Source of the DNA: Euprymna scolopes | Taxonomy: Eukaryota | Reading direction: 5' to 3' (one strand) | NCBI GenBank assembly: GCA_053919585.1 | Contig: CM132804.1 | DNA length: 64,000 nucleotides | Program-made: the position numbers and the translations under genes | Notes under the pieces: generated by a model | The model's input: the letters and a program-made list of their open reading frames with translations, nothing else | What the model was told of the DNA's origin: nothing | Databases searched by the model: none | Shown here: one piece after another, positions 27,901-40,969 of the stretch | How the letters are laid out: the number at the start of each line of letters is the position of its first letter | How positions within the stretch are numbered: position 1 is the first letter of the stretch

Positions 27901-28970
27901 CCCTTGTCGAGGCGAGTCTCACTTAGGGCTGCGATGTCTACCTTATAGCGGGCAAGCTCCCTTGCTACAAGAGCAGTTCTTCCCTCGGGTCGGTCAGCTC
28001 TGGTGTTGTCGAGCAAAGTACGAACATTCCAGGATGCTAAGGTAAGCACCAACCCTTTATTTCTCATGTCTCGACCGCTGTGAGAGAAACCCCGCCAGCC
28101 GCGGTATGCTGGCCAGGGGTGATGGTGAAGCAGCTATGTTTAGGGTTCCTTTTATCGCCCGTCCTCATGCTATGGAGGTGAGCAGAGTAATCCTGAAAAG
28201 GACTGTTCGCTCGGCCAGCCAGTTGCCTGCACCCCCTCACTGCTTCGGTCGAGTCGAGTACGACCAGTTTCTGGGCCGCCTGTGTGCAGGTTTGCAGCTA
28301 CAGCTCCCAGTGATTTCCACACCTGTTGCTTTGCCGCTCGCCCATCGCCACAGGGTTTGGTGTTGACGCAATGTTTGACACACTGACTTGCGCTTAATTT
28401 GGATTATAGCGAAGGGGACTTGTGCTGCATCAACCTCACGCTCTCGTCCTGACCCGCCCAATTCCAACGGCAAGACATAGTCGAGACGGCTGGGGACGGA
28501 CAAGGTGCAGGAGCTGCCGAAGGGAGGCAAGTATGTCGTCCAACCGCCTAAGGGGGCCCACTCCGTCGTTTTTGTACGGGTTGCTCCCCTAGCCTTATCC
28601 ATTTCCATGGCTCTCACAAGGCAGTGAGGTCATTTGATCCATGGCTGGGATAGGGATTGGTAATGTGTCAGGGCATGTCCACACGTCGGTGGGCCGTAGC
28701 ACAGTCCCTCTGGGACTCCCTACTGTTCCGAGATCCTCTACTGATTCAGCCTGGAGTCGCATGACAACCAGTTACCGTGTGTGACCAGGAGGAGGCACAG
28801 CAGAGGTCTTGATGATGGACAGGCTGTGTACTGGCAGGAGAAGACTTACGCACTCGGCTTCTCGTTACGTGCAAGGCTAGCCAGTGGTGGTTGCTGAGAG
28901 CGAGATGGTGAGTAAGCCAAGACGCTAGCTTATAGCTAACACACTTGCGCGTCACATCACCCTGTGTGCA
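24909..28970 (-). mobile_element. Near full-length decayed RTE-clade (BovB-like) LINE
   Basis: APE domain 'LTLASWNVRTLLDN..RPEGRTALVARELARYKVDIAALSETRL' (27366-28067). RT blocks 'SQCGFRAGSG', 'FVDLTKALDTV', 'NGVKQ..ILAPTLF' and 'LLFADD'. C-terminal C2H2 finger 'FTCPECGRVCRALIGLISHLKTH' (~25020-24950). The 5' UTR is ~900 bp. The element is clearly more GC-rich than its flanks and both ends run into gaps. Confidence 0.96.
28735..28944 (-). ncRNA. HDV-like (nested double pseudoknot) self-cleaving ribozyme candidate in the RTE 5' UTR
   Basis: On the minus strand: P1 5' GUGUGU (28944), a long J1/2, P2 5' CCUCUGCUG, P3 GCC, L3 UCCUCCU, P3' GGU, P1' CACACAC, P1.1 GG, P4 CUGG..GUC/GAC.CCAG, J4/2 GCUGAA, P2' CAGUAGAGG. 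Confidence 0.75.
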
Positions 28971-29555
28971 NNNNNNNNNNNNNNNNNNNNNNNNNNNNNN
29001 NNNNNNNNNNNNNNNNNNNNNNNNNNNNNNNNNNNNNNNNNNNNNNNNNNNNNNNNNNNNNNNNNNNNNNNNNNNNNNNNNNNNNNNNNNNNNNNNNNNN
29101 NNNNNNNNNNNGATATGTTCATCTAGCATAGTGTCAAATGCAAAATCTAGCTATTAGGAATAATTTTCCTCCATTGAATTTGATACGAACTTAACGAATT
29201 TAATTAGCATATTTACCGGAGTTTTGAATATAACACATTTAAGAATAGATTATGTACAGTGCATTGCGTTCTACGTTTACTACTTGAAAACAATGAGCTG
29301 ATCGTCATTGAATCTTCTTAACATAGAAGCATTTGATTTTTAACGAACTCAGTGTATAAGTAATCATTCATGCCCCGTTGTTGGATTAAGTCTGCTGTGG
29401 TTGTAATGTAAATATATTGGCATAGATATTGTCACCTTTACGTTAAACATCTGGTTATAGAAAACAAATTATGATTTCTAGAACGGCAAAAAATAAAGTG
29501 ACATAAGTTAATCAAAGTTTGCAAAATAGTATAATAAAATATGGAATTAAACAAA

Positions 29556-30436
29556 TCTATATCTATCTATGAAAGTAAACGTGTCTTTGTACATGCCTAT
29601 GTGTCGGTCTGTGTGTCTGTGTACATTTCCTTACGACATAACTCTGTCAATTTTAAGTCTACAGACTCGAAATTTGATATACACGGTATGAAAATTGGGA
29701 ACATTTTTGTAATCCATTCTCGGCAAGAAATTTTTCTGTTAAGGAGTCAAAGTTACACGATTTGACCTTTGAAAACTCTACCCAATTCCTCCGCCAATTT
29801 TGGCTCTGACCACTTTAAATTTTAGATATAGGTGTCATTGTCACGGATCCAACTTAATAACTTAATTTGAGCTCAAACCAATAACTCTTAAGTACATAAT
29901 AAGGGTCAAAGTACATAAAAAATGACCTTTGCGGGATCTACCAAATTACTCAGACAATTCCTGGTTTAAACATGTGAAATTCTACATAAAGAGTATTCAG
30001 AGATAGGGCAAGCTTCTAGTCGGTTTGGGTCGAAAAGCTTTAGTTACAAATATATAAGTGTACGTGTGTACGTGTGTTTGCATGTCTGCCTAAAACTTCG
30101 GACAGAGGCGACAGATTTTGCCAAGATCAGTATCAAGTTCGTCTTTCAGACGACAAATATCGAAAACTTGGCTAAAACATTAATATCTTCACCTTTAACT
30201 GGGCACTTTTCTACAGGGTGGGCTCGCTTTTTTCGGCGATATTTTTGAAAGTCATCCTCTCCTTTCGATTGTCTAGCCTTAATTAACACCTACGACACTT
30301 CCGGTTTTGCGGTGGCCGTGTTTTTGCCCGTTCTTTTCCTACTTTGCAGTACGGTTTCGATCCTGCATTCCTACTACCATTATTTTTCTGAACACACACC
30401 TACAAACACCCGGGCAACGCCGCGCTGAAATGCTAG
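29556..30436 (+). mobile_element. Complete non-autonomous Helitron (~880 bp)
   Basis: The 5' end is A|TCTATATCTATC followed by a GT-rich tract. The 3' end is CCCGGGCAACGCCGCG-CTGAAATG-CTAG|T. It is inserted between A and T with no TSD. Internal sequence is shared with the copies at 40.0-40.4 kb and 61.3-63.6 kb. Confidence 0.85.
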
Positions 30437-32765
30437 TTATACATAATTCAAATTTATCTAAGAAGGATGAACGTTATATAATTAGTAAGGNNNNNNNNNN
30501 NNNNNNNNNNNNNNNNNNNNNNNNNNNNNNNNNNNNNNNNNNNNNNNNNNNNNNNNNNNNNNNNNNNNNNNNNNNNNNNNNNNNNNNNNNNNNNNNNNNN
30601 NNNNNNNNNNNNNNNNNNNNNNNNNNNNNNNNNNNNNNNNNNNNNNNAGGCGGTGTTGGTAATTTATTTATTGTTATAGCTTGCAATACGCCACAAGGAA
30701 AACAGAACAACGGAATAGAGTTTAAACAATTTTACTGAAACAACATCGTAAAAAAGTTGCAACTGAAAAGAGTAGTAAACGTTACCGAGCAGGCGCGGGT
30801 CGCTCCGGTGTTTAATCCACACCTGGGATAAAAATGTCCATGGTTTATATAATGAATAGAACAGTCCATTTAGAGGGTCATTCCGCCACAACATTTATAT
30901 AAAAGAATAATATATTATCGTGATGTATTAGGTTACGTCTATACACTTCAAAATGCTAGTGTGAAATAAGTAAGGAAATACGCCTGAAAGTGTATAAAGA
31001 TACGAATATATAAATGCTGAACAAGTATACCCCCTTCTAGACCGTGTAAACAAATTATAAGAAACCATACATAATTTTTATATATTGCGATGAGCAGAGG
31101 AAAAGCGATGCGATAAATACGAAGAAGGAAAACTGCATGATTACATAACGTCTTACTCAAGAGACTGTAAGGGCCCCCTTAAAACAGGGGCATTCTCAAC
31201 CTGATGGGACTTAAATGCAATTCCCGATGAAACAAGAGTCCATTAAAAGCATTATAACCTTTATGAACTGTATTTTCCACGACTATAAATCGATATAAGT
31301 TTCAGATTCTCTTCATTTTATTCATTCGTTACTGCGTGTTGATTTATTCGTGGTTATGATAACCACATACTTACGTTGCCTCTCTCGTACACCCACCCAG
31401 AGTCACATAAATGAAGAATTTTAACCAACAGAGAAAAAGTAACAAAGTATACAGTAACAAAATAAAATTTCAAGGAACAACCTAGAAAGTCAGAGTCTCT
31501 GACTACGGACTGACCAAACGTAATTTCAAATAGAATCGAACTTCGTAAACTATTAGTTATTAAAAAAATACAAGACTAAAAACTGAATATAACTAAACGA
31601 TATAGACTGGATATATAAGTAGAATACTATAATATAAAATGTATCAAAAAATGTTGCACAACGAACTATTGTTGTACTCTCCTCTGGTTTTGACAGTTGC
31701 GATGTATCGAAAAGAATTGTGTATTATAAATATGATGCGGGATTAGTTGAGCTAAACGAGCATGGAAAGCACCTGGTATTGTTGAGATTTATTCGGACAC
31801 CAGTACAAGTAAAACGACAGATAAGTATTAAAAGAAAGGCAAGGGAATATCGAAGCTGATAGAAATTTAAAAAAAACTTGAAATTGTTGGGCTGTTTTGT
31901 CTTCTATACACTCGACAGGATAGAGCATCATCTCTCAACAGTAAGAGATAATGGTTATACACCAAGCTATTAAGAGATATGGAGAAAGTCTGGTTTATGG
32001 AGAGAAGTAGGCTGCCTAAGACAACTTTCAAATATTACAAAGTTAAAACACCTAGTTTGAATAAAAATATTATATTATCTTATTATATACAGATATTAAT
32101 GATATAGAACATAAAAATGACGACATATCTGTATGCAATTTAAAGTACATCAATACATAGTCTCAATTCTTGCCTATTCTTAGCATGCCGTATTTTAAAG
32201 TGTGTGAATAAATTTATCAAATANNNNNNNNNNNNNNNNNNNNNNNNNNNNNNNNNNNNNNNNNNNNNNNNNNNNNNNNNNNNNNNNNNNNNNNNNNNNN
32301 NNNNNNNNNNNNNNNNNNNNNNNNNNNNNNNNNNNNNNNNNNNNNNNNNNNNNNNNNNNNNNNNNNNNNNNNNNNNNNNNNNNNNNNNNNNNNNNATGTG
32401 CTTCAAAATATTAATATTACGATTAATAATGTGCATACACTTTATATGTCTTACAAGTTTTCTTTTCTAAATTTATCACTGATGGATATAATTGGTAAGT
32501 AATAAAGAGATGGATCTCAAAATCTTATTGAGCGTGATACTTCAATCATGAAACGGGCGATACTCAGATTAAAAGTACAAACTGTTTTAACCATATTTAT
32601 TATGACACTAGATATAAGTAGCAATGTGGAACAAACAAAAGGTTTGATTTAAAATTTCGTACTGATGCAAATGTTTAAAATATAAGATTCGATAAAATGC
32701 ACTTGGGAGAAGTTTAGAGTTTACACACACCGTGAATTTAACGTCACAGTTAATAACACAAGTAC

Positions 32766-32767
<2 letters not shown>

Positions 32768-32839
<72 letters not shown>

Positions 32840-32852
32840 TTAATAATAATAA
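32768..32852. repeat. (AAT)n microsatellite
   Basis: Directly visible trinucleotide run. Confidence 0.95.
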
Positions 32853-33039
32853 CTCAAATTAATACGTTATGTTCATATATTCTTTTTTTATATTAAACAA
32901 GTTTAATATAAAACATCTAAATATATAACAGTATTCTCAAACGTAATGTTATAGTAATTAGGTTTTAGAAAAAAATAAAATAAAACGCTTTTGTTAATAT
33001 TTAACTAATTGTTTTCATGGGTATAATTTACTAACCTCA

Positions 33040-33330
33040 CTTACGGCATAATCACGTTAGACCCATCGGTTCCTGTCAGATAACCGGAAGCAACGATTAG
33101 CCAGGCCAGTATCAGATGGATGATCATTTGGAACTTCCAGGTGCTTTATGTGATCTCCGTTCATCTCAGCATTGTTTCCCGTCCTTCGCGACTTCTCCTA
33201 AACACTTGGCTCAAGCAATGCCGATTAAAGAGATGGTTTATTTAGTATTATCAAGTAATTACACGCGCACCTGCTCCTACAGGGGGTATGCTTTGTCCTC
33301 CAAGACGGAACAGAGGCGTCCATAAATAGC
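33040..33330 (+). mobile_element. 5S rRNA-derived SINE (SINE3-like) or 5S pseudogene with a GC-richer body
   Basis: 33040-33145 (cttacggcataatcacgttagacccatcggttcctgtcagataaccggaagcaacg...ccagtatcagatggatgatcatttggaacttccaggtgct) is colinear with the metazoan 5S rRNA sequence, including box A and box C remnants. Confidence 0.7.
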
Positions 33331-35919
33331 ACCAAAGAATCAATGCATTTATGTATAGTCTAATAAGTGGCATAATGCATGTGTCTGGTACGTTTTTTTA
33401 ATGTTATGTATTTCTTAACTTAGCGTTAGTAAAGATATGTATAGCTTGGACTAAAGACTTATAGAACATTTCGACCAGAAGAACAGAAACTTACGAGTAT
33501 GTACAATGCAATGAACACAAATAAAATGCTGACCAACTCTTCCGTAAGAGAAGATGAGGAAAGAGAATTAGTGAGTATAGAAGACCGTTTGAAAGACACA
33601 AACAAATGAGAAAAATAGGTTAGTTATTACAGCAAGATATACTGTACATATAAACAATAAAGAGAGGAAAAGAATTTGGCTATAAATAAGCAAATTAGAA
33701 GATAAACAGTATTCATAACAATTAAACAAAAAGACGAAACTCACAAATTAAAAGGACATTGTAAAAAAAAACGAAAATAAATATTTAAGCACACCTAACG
33801 AGAGAACAATATTATGCAAATAGATAAATATATAAAAAACGAGATCAAATTAAATGAACTATATCAAAGATAGAGCAGACACAAGAAAACTAACAATGTA
33901 CAATCTGTCGACACAATGGACATGGCAAAATTTGAGATAATAAATGCAAGAAAATCGCTTGAGAAAAATAGAAAACTACGACACGGTTAAAAATGAGGTA
34001 ACCTGAAAATATGCAATACTACTACGTCTTGAACTTCTAAACTAATATTGCAAAGACAAAACGGTTTCATCACAGAAAAACTTAATAGAAAATGCTATTG
34101 AAGGTGAACTATGAACAGCCAGAACGAATCCAATTAAGGGGAAATCTTGCGATTAGAGTAAACCGAAGAAAAAAGAAGATACATCGTATAAAAAATAACA
34201 CTTATAGAATTTCTATATACACATCAACTATTTAAAGCGAAAACGAATACATATTTTATACCTAATAAGCGCATCATAATTTTTTTAAATTATTTATTTT
34301 CAAAAGTTCGGTGACGGACAGGAAAAACTACATGTCAACATTTGGGTATAACAAACGCCATTCGATCTCTTAAATCCACAATTACGGGGAAAAACACACC
34401 GAAAAAGAAGGACAACAATGTTTGATAAAACAGGATTTTACAAAGACGTCGTCAAAAGCTTAAACTTGCTATTAAAGAAGCGATAACCAACGTCACTCCG
34501 AGTTAAAACAATACTCATAAACAATTGCATTGAGATTTACTATTACTGAATCAATGATTCAATGTTTTCAGTGAATACTAAACATTTTTCATCTCTATAA
34601 ATGCAAGTGATTTGGAAAAAGTATGGTTTTACAAAGCATGTATGACTAATACTTCATAGGTACAAATGCATTAGCATTGGGAAAAAACGCACACAAATAC
34701 AGGTAGTAAATCATAGTATATTTTATTTTATTGGCTAAAGCGAGTATTCACACAAGAAAAAATACGTCCGATTTGAATCCGATTAAATAATTATTACCCT
34801 GATAGACGGACTGCACGTCAAAGAAGAAGAAAACACGCTAAGTACGACAAGAATAAATGTTAAAGAGAAAATATGATATTCTCTTGGACCAGAAACCGAA
34901 AAGAATAGACAATAGTAAGAAAATACTATAAAATTTATTTCTCAGATAAATAATTATTTATTTTAGTGAACAAAATGTGTAAAATACACAATGAATTGAA
35001 CTTAGTACCAACACGTTACGACAATTGAAACAAGGCAAACTAAATCTACTACTTTCTGTATAAACGTACACGTTGTATTATTTTCTCAGGTAAATTGCCA
35101 CACGAGGAAATAAATAAATGAAAGAAATATTCGTTCAATTACAAGGTTGCCGGCGGTTGTCCTTTATTTTTTGAGCCTATCTTTTTAATGCGAGCGATAC
35201 TTGTTTCCTCCATGTAATCAGGAATCTTGAATTACTTCCAGGAACGATAACACGCGAATATGTACAGGATGAAACGATTAACAGTTTCTATTAATGCTTC
35301 TTTAGAAATATTCAGTACATAGAAAAAACAATTATCTAATTTTAAAAGTAAAACCAGATCACATTTCACAAACAGCAAAATTTATCTCCGCAAAACGAAA
35401 GTGCCTATTAGTTTCATAGGCATAAGTACTATAAAACATAAATAGCTCTAGGGTGTCATACATTCGGAAATCATCTGTGCAGATATTCATGGTTACCGCC
35501 GAACGGGGGACACGAAATCGGCACAGGAGCCATGGTAGCTCCATTACCAAGCACAGAACAATCGGTCGGTGTGAACCGCAGCGAGAATATAGTTCAACCA
35601 ACAATTCATGAAGTGTAAACGTCATTACAGTTGCCTCAAGTGATCAAATGATTTTAACACCTCGATCTACGCGCATGAGTTAAGTGACAGTCCTTTATAG
35701 TTTCCAACGAAAATAACTCAGTTCCTAAAATGACATTTAACTATTACTTTTAAGAATTTAAATAATTACAGACAATATATATATATATATATATAATATT
35801 TATATACATCTAGGTAAACAGTATTAATCATTCAAAACAACCAATCGATTAATATGAATAAATCCGGATCATTTGACGTAAAAATACGTTCTTAGACTCA
35901 GCAATAAGCAATTTATCTA

Positions 35920-37045
35920 ATTTGCCTCTTTATTCTATACAATCTCATAAAACATTTAAATAACAAAATCATGGGACTATATAGAGACGCTGGCCTTATC
36001 CTAGTCCAAAATTTCAATGGCTCTAAATGTGAAAAAATAAAAAAATAACTAATGAAATTAATAGAATATGCCTAAAAGTAGATATCAAGTCTAACGTAAA
36101 AACTGTCAACAATCTCGATATAACTCTCAACATCTCGAATAACTCATATGATCCATACGCCAAAGATAATACTTACCCACTTTATATACACCTCGAATCA
36201 CTACACACAAAACATATCATTAAACATATCCCCCAATTAAAAAAAAACAACACAAATTCACCTAAACATGAAATATTAAATAAACATAAACTCTTCCATG
36301 AAAATAATCTCAGGAAAAGTGGATACCCAAACCCCACTATTAATTACACTAAACCGATTTCTTCAAATAAAGAAAACATTAAAAAAGAAAAATAAGTCTA
36401 AAAAAATATTCTCTCCCTTCCCCTTCAATATAATTGTCCAAACCAAACTAGGTAATTTTTTTTCAAGTCATAAACACCCACTTACCACTTAATCACTCGC
36501 TACACAAAATCACAATTAAAGTTCGCTACAGCTGTAAGATAACTTTGAAAAACAAGTAAGAAACATAATAGGAAGATGCTTGGCATGGATAACATTTCAA
36601 ACAACACTAACAACACTAATCGTAATTGCACAAACACATCGGAATACATAGTTATTCAACAGTGTCTGCTAACAGAAGTAGTATATAAAGCTTCAGTTGC
36701 TTTTACAGTAAACCCAAACGACAAAAAATATTATATTTCCCTGTCCGGCACCCATTCTAAATACAGATTTATAGTACATAAGTGCTCTTTTACAACACCC
36801 CGCAATCGTAACAAAACCCTACTTACTTAACACTACCTGCATGTAATCCAAAATAACACCACACACCCATTACTTGGGAAATAACTAAAAAGGCTAGCAT
36901 ATATAAATGTTTAAATTCTCGATGTCCATTTGCCTAAAAAAAAAACTTTTCATCTCTGATTTTACAGATAGATATAAATTACTTAATAGGAAACACAAAA
37001 CTGCCATAGACTGTCGTCATTATAAATCCAACGTTCTTAGCAAGT
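35920..37045 (+). mobile_element. Decayed Penelope-like element (RT C-terminus + GIY-YIG endonuclease)
   Basis: 'GLYRDAGL' (YRDDGL-like, ~35973), 'VNNLDITLN', 'PYAKDNTYPLYIH', 'QCLLTEVVYKA...KKYYISLS...KYRF..HKCSF', 'WEI' and a terminal 'LLNRK...CRH'. Many frameshifts. Confidence 0.8.
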
Positions 37046-37418
37046 ATGCACTTTTTAAATCATGCTCCAGACAAGATTTTTAATCTGACAAACCATACCC
37101 CCGGTACAGCCATCTACCACATAACACTAATTACTGTAACATCTACACAATTAAACCCTCTTACCCCACCCTCATTATACCAGACGCTATTCTACATTTT
37201 CTTCACCCTGTACATAAAATACGATTTCATTAATATTATTTGCAAAGTGATTACGTATTAACTTTTTCCTTGAAATTCGGCATCGGTTTTCGTTTAATTT
37301 TCTGTAATAAAGCCATTTGGAGGGTTAAGGAGGATTTTCTCAATCAACATTGTGTTTTCTCTAATGTTGAGACTTGAGTCGATTAATTGATGTAATCATT
37401 GATCGTTATTTACCTCTT

Positions 37419-37475
<57 letters not shown>

Positions 37476-37507
37476 GCTTGTATATATTTCTGTAAGAATA
37501 TATTTTC

Positions 37508-37545
<38 letters not shown>

Positions 37546-38144
37546 TATCAATCTTATTTAAGCAGCTCAATATAGTTACAGAGCAATATAGAAAAAAGCA
37601 AAAAGGTATATTCCGAAATTCATGATGACCATTTATAATTTATTCTTTTAATTCAGTTTACTTATTCAATTGTTTAGAGTATCTGCTGTTTTTTTAGCGC
37701 AAAATCTATCACTTAATTATTATATCAATCAGTGAATTTATTATGCCCTTAACTCATCAGAAGACATAGCAACATTCAATCCGTTCAAAGGAATTGCATA
37801 CTCGATAAATTGTGTATTATATTTCATAAAGACTAAAATAAATTTAAAAAAACATTNNNNNNNNNNNNNNNNNNNNNNNNNNNNNNNNNNNNNNNNNNNN
37901 NNNNNNNNNNNNNNNNNNNNNNNNNNNNNNNNNNNNNNNNNNNNNNNNNNNNNNNNNNNNNNNNNNNNNNNNNNNNNNNNNNNNCGGTAAACACTAATCA
38001 TTTGAACATTTATATCTACTTCTTACTAATTAAAAAAGGAGGAACGACGTTTCAATAAAAAACGTTTTTTTCATTCCTTCTTCTTGGCAGACATAAAAAC
38101 TCAGCCTTTTTCATACCATCTTTGAATATTGTATTCATGCCCCC

Positions 38145-38198
<54 letters not shown>

Positions 38199-38319
38199 AA
38201 GTTGAAAGATTGTGAGTGTGTCTGATCACGAATAGGCTCCTATATGGTTGACTATTATAGAAAACTGATCCCATATAATGATAGAAGATGTATCAGGATA
38301 CAGGCATGGGTATATTTGA

Positions 38320-38775
38320 TCTGGCATAATGATGATTCATTAAAATTGTGGGGTCTGCGTATGCGCCTGGTCCATAAAGTATGGGAGCAAAAAATGTATA
38401 AAAAAAGTTTACAAGTGTTTTTGATATAGATGTACATAATGATACTTTGATAAGTATGTTTTGACTTTAATAGGGATGGTATAATAACATTGAGGGGTCT
38501 GCGTTCGCGCCTGACCTCTATAGAACGGAAATAGGCACAAGCTTTAATAAAAACTTTTTATATCTATCTGCGTAAGTATAATTTGATAATTATCTTTCAG
38601 TTTGAAGAAAAATGGTATAATAAAACTATGGGGCGTTTGTTCGCACCTGACCTCCATAGAATGGAAATATGTCAGAAAGTTTAACACGGTTTTTTAATAT
38701 AAATCCACGGAATATTGTGATAAGTGTTTCAGTGTACACAGGTATGGTATAATAAATTATGGGGTTTATCTATTT
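38320..38775. repeat. Diverged ~140-bp tandem repeat (3+ units)
   Basis: The motif ggtataataa....ggggtctgcgttcgcgcctgacctc.atagaa.ggaa recurs at ~38345, 38490 and 38628, with a partial copy at 38757. Confidence 0.75.
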
Positions 38776-39126
38776 TATTTTTACTTTCAACGTATTTTGC
38801 ATTGGTTTTGACACCCCCAAATTCGAAGCTATCTCTTACCCCACTTCCTTTTCATAACCTATCATACTTTCATTAATCAGAGTCCATTTTCTGTACGCTG
38901 TTTTGGAACCCAGTAAACNNNNNNNNNNNNNNNNNNNNNNNNNNNNNNNNNNNNNNNNNNNNNNNNNNNNNNNNNNNNNNNNNNNNNNNNNNNNNNNNNN
39001 NNNNNNNNNNNNNNNNNNNNNNNNNNNNNNNNNNNNNNNNNNNNNNNNNNNNNNNNNNNNNNNNNNNNNNNNNNNNNNNNNNNNNNNNNNNNNNNNNNNN
39101 NNNNNNNNNNNNNNNNNNNNNNNNNN

Positions 39127-39692
39127 GCAAACTGCCACTTTGGTGTAGGGGGCTACTATCAGGGGCAACAACTACTGGGGTACTATGTAGGGATTTGGGC
39201 AGCAAGGTGTCGGTTCACGTTACACTTGAACTTCTGCACGTCAGTACTGTTGGGGAAGCAGGGACCTGGAATGGAATTCCAGAGTCTTGCGGTTCTGGGG
39301 AAGAAACTATTGGAGTAAAAAGATCTTTTACATCTAGGGACCTCTACAGTGTGGGGGTGGGATCTAGTAGCCTGTCGGGTTTGTCGAGGGTGCTCGCGTC
39401 GTGGGGGCACAAGTGATTGCAGTTCATCAGAGCATTCGCCACTAAAATACTTGTAGAAAAGGCAGAGGGATGCAACATTTCGTCGATGGGACAGAGGCTG
39501 AAGCTTAGATGCCAGTTCAGGGCCTATCAGGTTACGACTCTCTTTTGAACCTTGTCAAGGAGCGAGAGACTAGTAGCAGATGCACCAGCCCAGATGTGGC
39601 AGCAATACTCCATACATGGGCGAATGGTGGCCTTATAGAGGTACAGGATACTTTCGGGTGTTAGTAGTTTTCTAGCACGGTAGAGAGAGCCT
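39127..39692 (-). mobile_element. 5'-truncated copy of the same LINE family as 18641-21626
   Basis: Colinear with ~18680-19245, translating to 'LYKATIRPCMEYCCHIWAGA..SFFPRTARLWNS'. The 3' end runs into a gap. Confidence 0.93.
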
Positions 39693-40028
39693 TTTGTAAT
39701 AATTTGTAAGGTGTAGGCCTTACAAATTCCAAGCTAGAACGAGGCGCGGTATACTCTGTGTAGCTTAATTGCCATATATTTTTTCATAGCTTACTACCTA
39801 GCATAATCTGTTCTTAGCAGAGTGTAGGTAAACACTGACTATGTACCAATAAAATTATATCTTCATTCATGTATGTATGTGATTACATGAAGGTNNNNNN
39901 NNNNNNNNNNNNNNNNNNNNNNNNNNNNNNNNNNNNNNNNNNNNNNNNNNNNNNNNNNNNNNNNNNNNNNNNNNNNNNNNNNNNNNNNNNNNNNNNNNNN
40001 NNNNNNNNNNNNNNNNNNNNNNNNNNNN

Positions 40029-40377
40029 GCAATAATTCTGTCAATTTTTAATCTATAGACTTGAAATTTGAAATACCGGGTACTGAGATTTGGGAAAATC
40101 GATGTGACGGGTGTCAGCCAGAAATTTGGCTGTTATGGGGTCAAATTTCAACGATTTGACCTTTAAGAACTCTACCAAACTCCTCCGACAATTTTGGATA
40201 GGTTCCTTGAACCTGGATCTAACTTAATAAAGTGATTTGAGCCCGAAACTATAAATTTTAAGGGGTCATAATAGGGGTCAATGTTTTAAAAAATTAACCA
40301 TTTTTTTTGTTTTTTTTTGCTTTTTTTTGCACAGCATACACCTCCAAACACCCGAGCAACGCCGGGCACCCCTGCTA

Positions 40378-40378
<1 letters not shown>
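40029..40378 (+). mobile_element. Non-autonomous Helitron (3' part; 5' end in gap)
   Basis: Homologous to the 5' part of 29556-30436. It ends CCCGAGCAACGCCGGG-CACCCCTG-CTAG|T. Confidence 0.82.
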
Positions 40379-40454
<76 letters not shown>

Positions 40455-40457
<3 letters not shown>

Positions 40458-40969
40458 CTAAGAGTGAGGCAACGCTAACAACAACCTCCATAGGAGCTTA
40501 GGCCCTGTAAACTGCGGCATACATTACACACCAGCGTGTTGAATATGCTCTCGCGCCCAGCAAACTCACTCCCAATCATTAATCAAATGGTGTGATTGGT
40601 GGAGAGGGCAACCTCTTGGAGAAGGAAAACTCTGATATAAAACCTGCGGCAACTGCCTCATCCAATAGTGTTGACGTGCTCTTCTTTTTTGGTTCAATGT
40701 TGCAGTTGTTCAGAGAGTGGGATTGTCTCGGTGCAAACTCTTTCCTCACTTAAAAATCTTCAAGCACCGACATTACTTGATATGTAATGAAATACACATT
40801 TTACCATCAGTGTGCATTTCGATTATAAAAAGACCGGCGATAGTCTAAGAAGGCAAACGGACACCCAATGAGGACTGATGCGAATATGGGCGTCAATGGA
40901 ATTAAAGTCTCAGGAATATCCAAGTTCTGGTCCTGAAGGTGTTTAGGGCACCACCGCCTGGACCCGATC
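40455..40969 (+). mobile_element. Probable 5' region of another non-LTR (RTE-like) element
   Basis: GC-richer block starting abruptly after (TA)n. It contains ggcaacctcttggagaaggaaaactctg, which resembles a motif I recall from RTE 5' UTRs. It runs into a gap before any recognisable ORF. Confidence 0.35.

Noticed and set aside
25234-28366. Plus-strand ORFs overlapping the RTE element
   Set aside because: They are antisense shadows of GC-rich RTE coding sequence with no independent motifs.
33040-33145. Functional 5S rRNA gene
   Set aside because: It has deletions in the box A region and many substitutions, and is not in a tandem array, so it is treated as a SINE head or pseudogene.
33400-35030. 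A-rich stretch suggestive of a very old LINE RT
   Set aside because: No diagnostic RT motif could be read with confidence.
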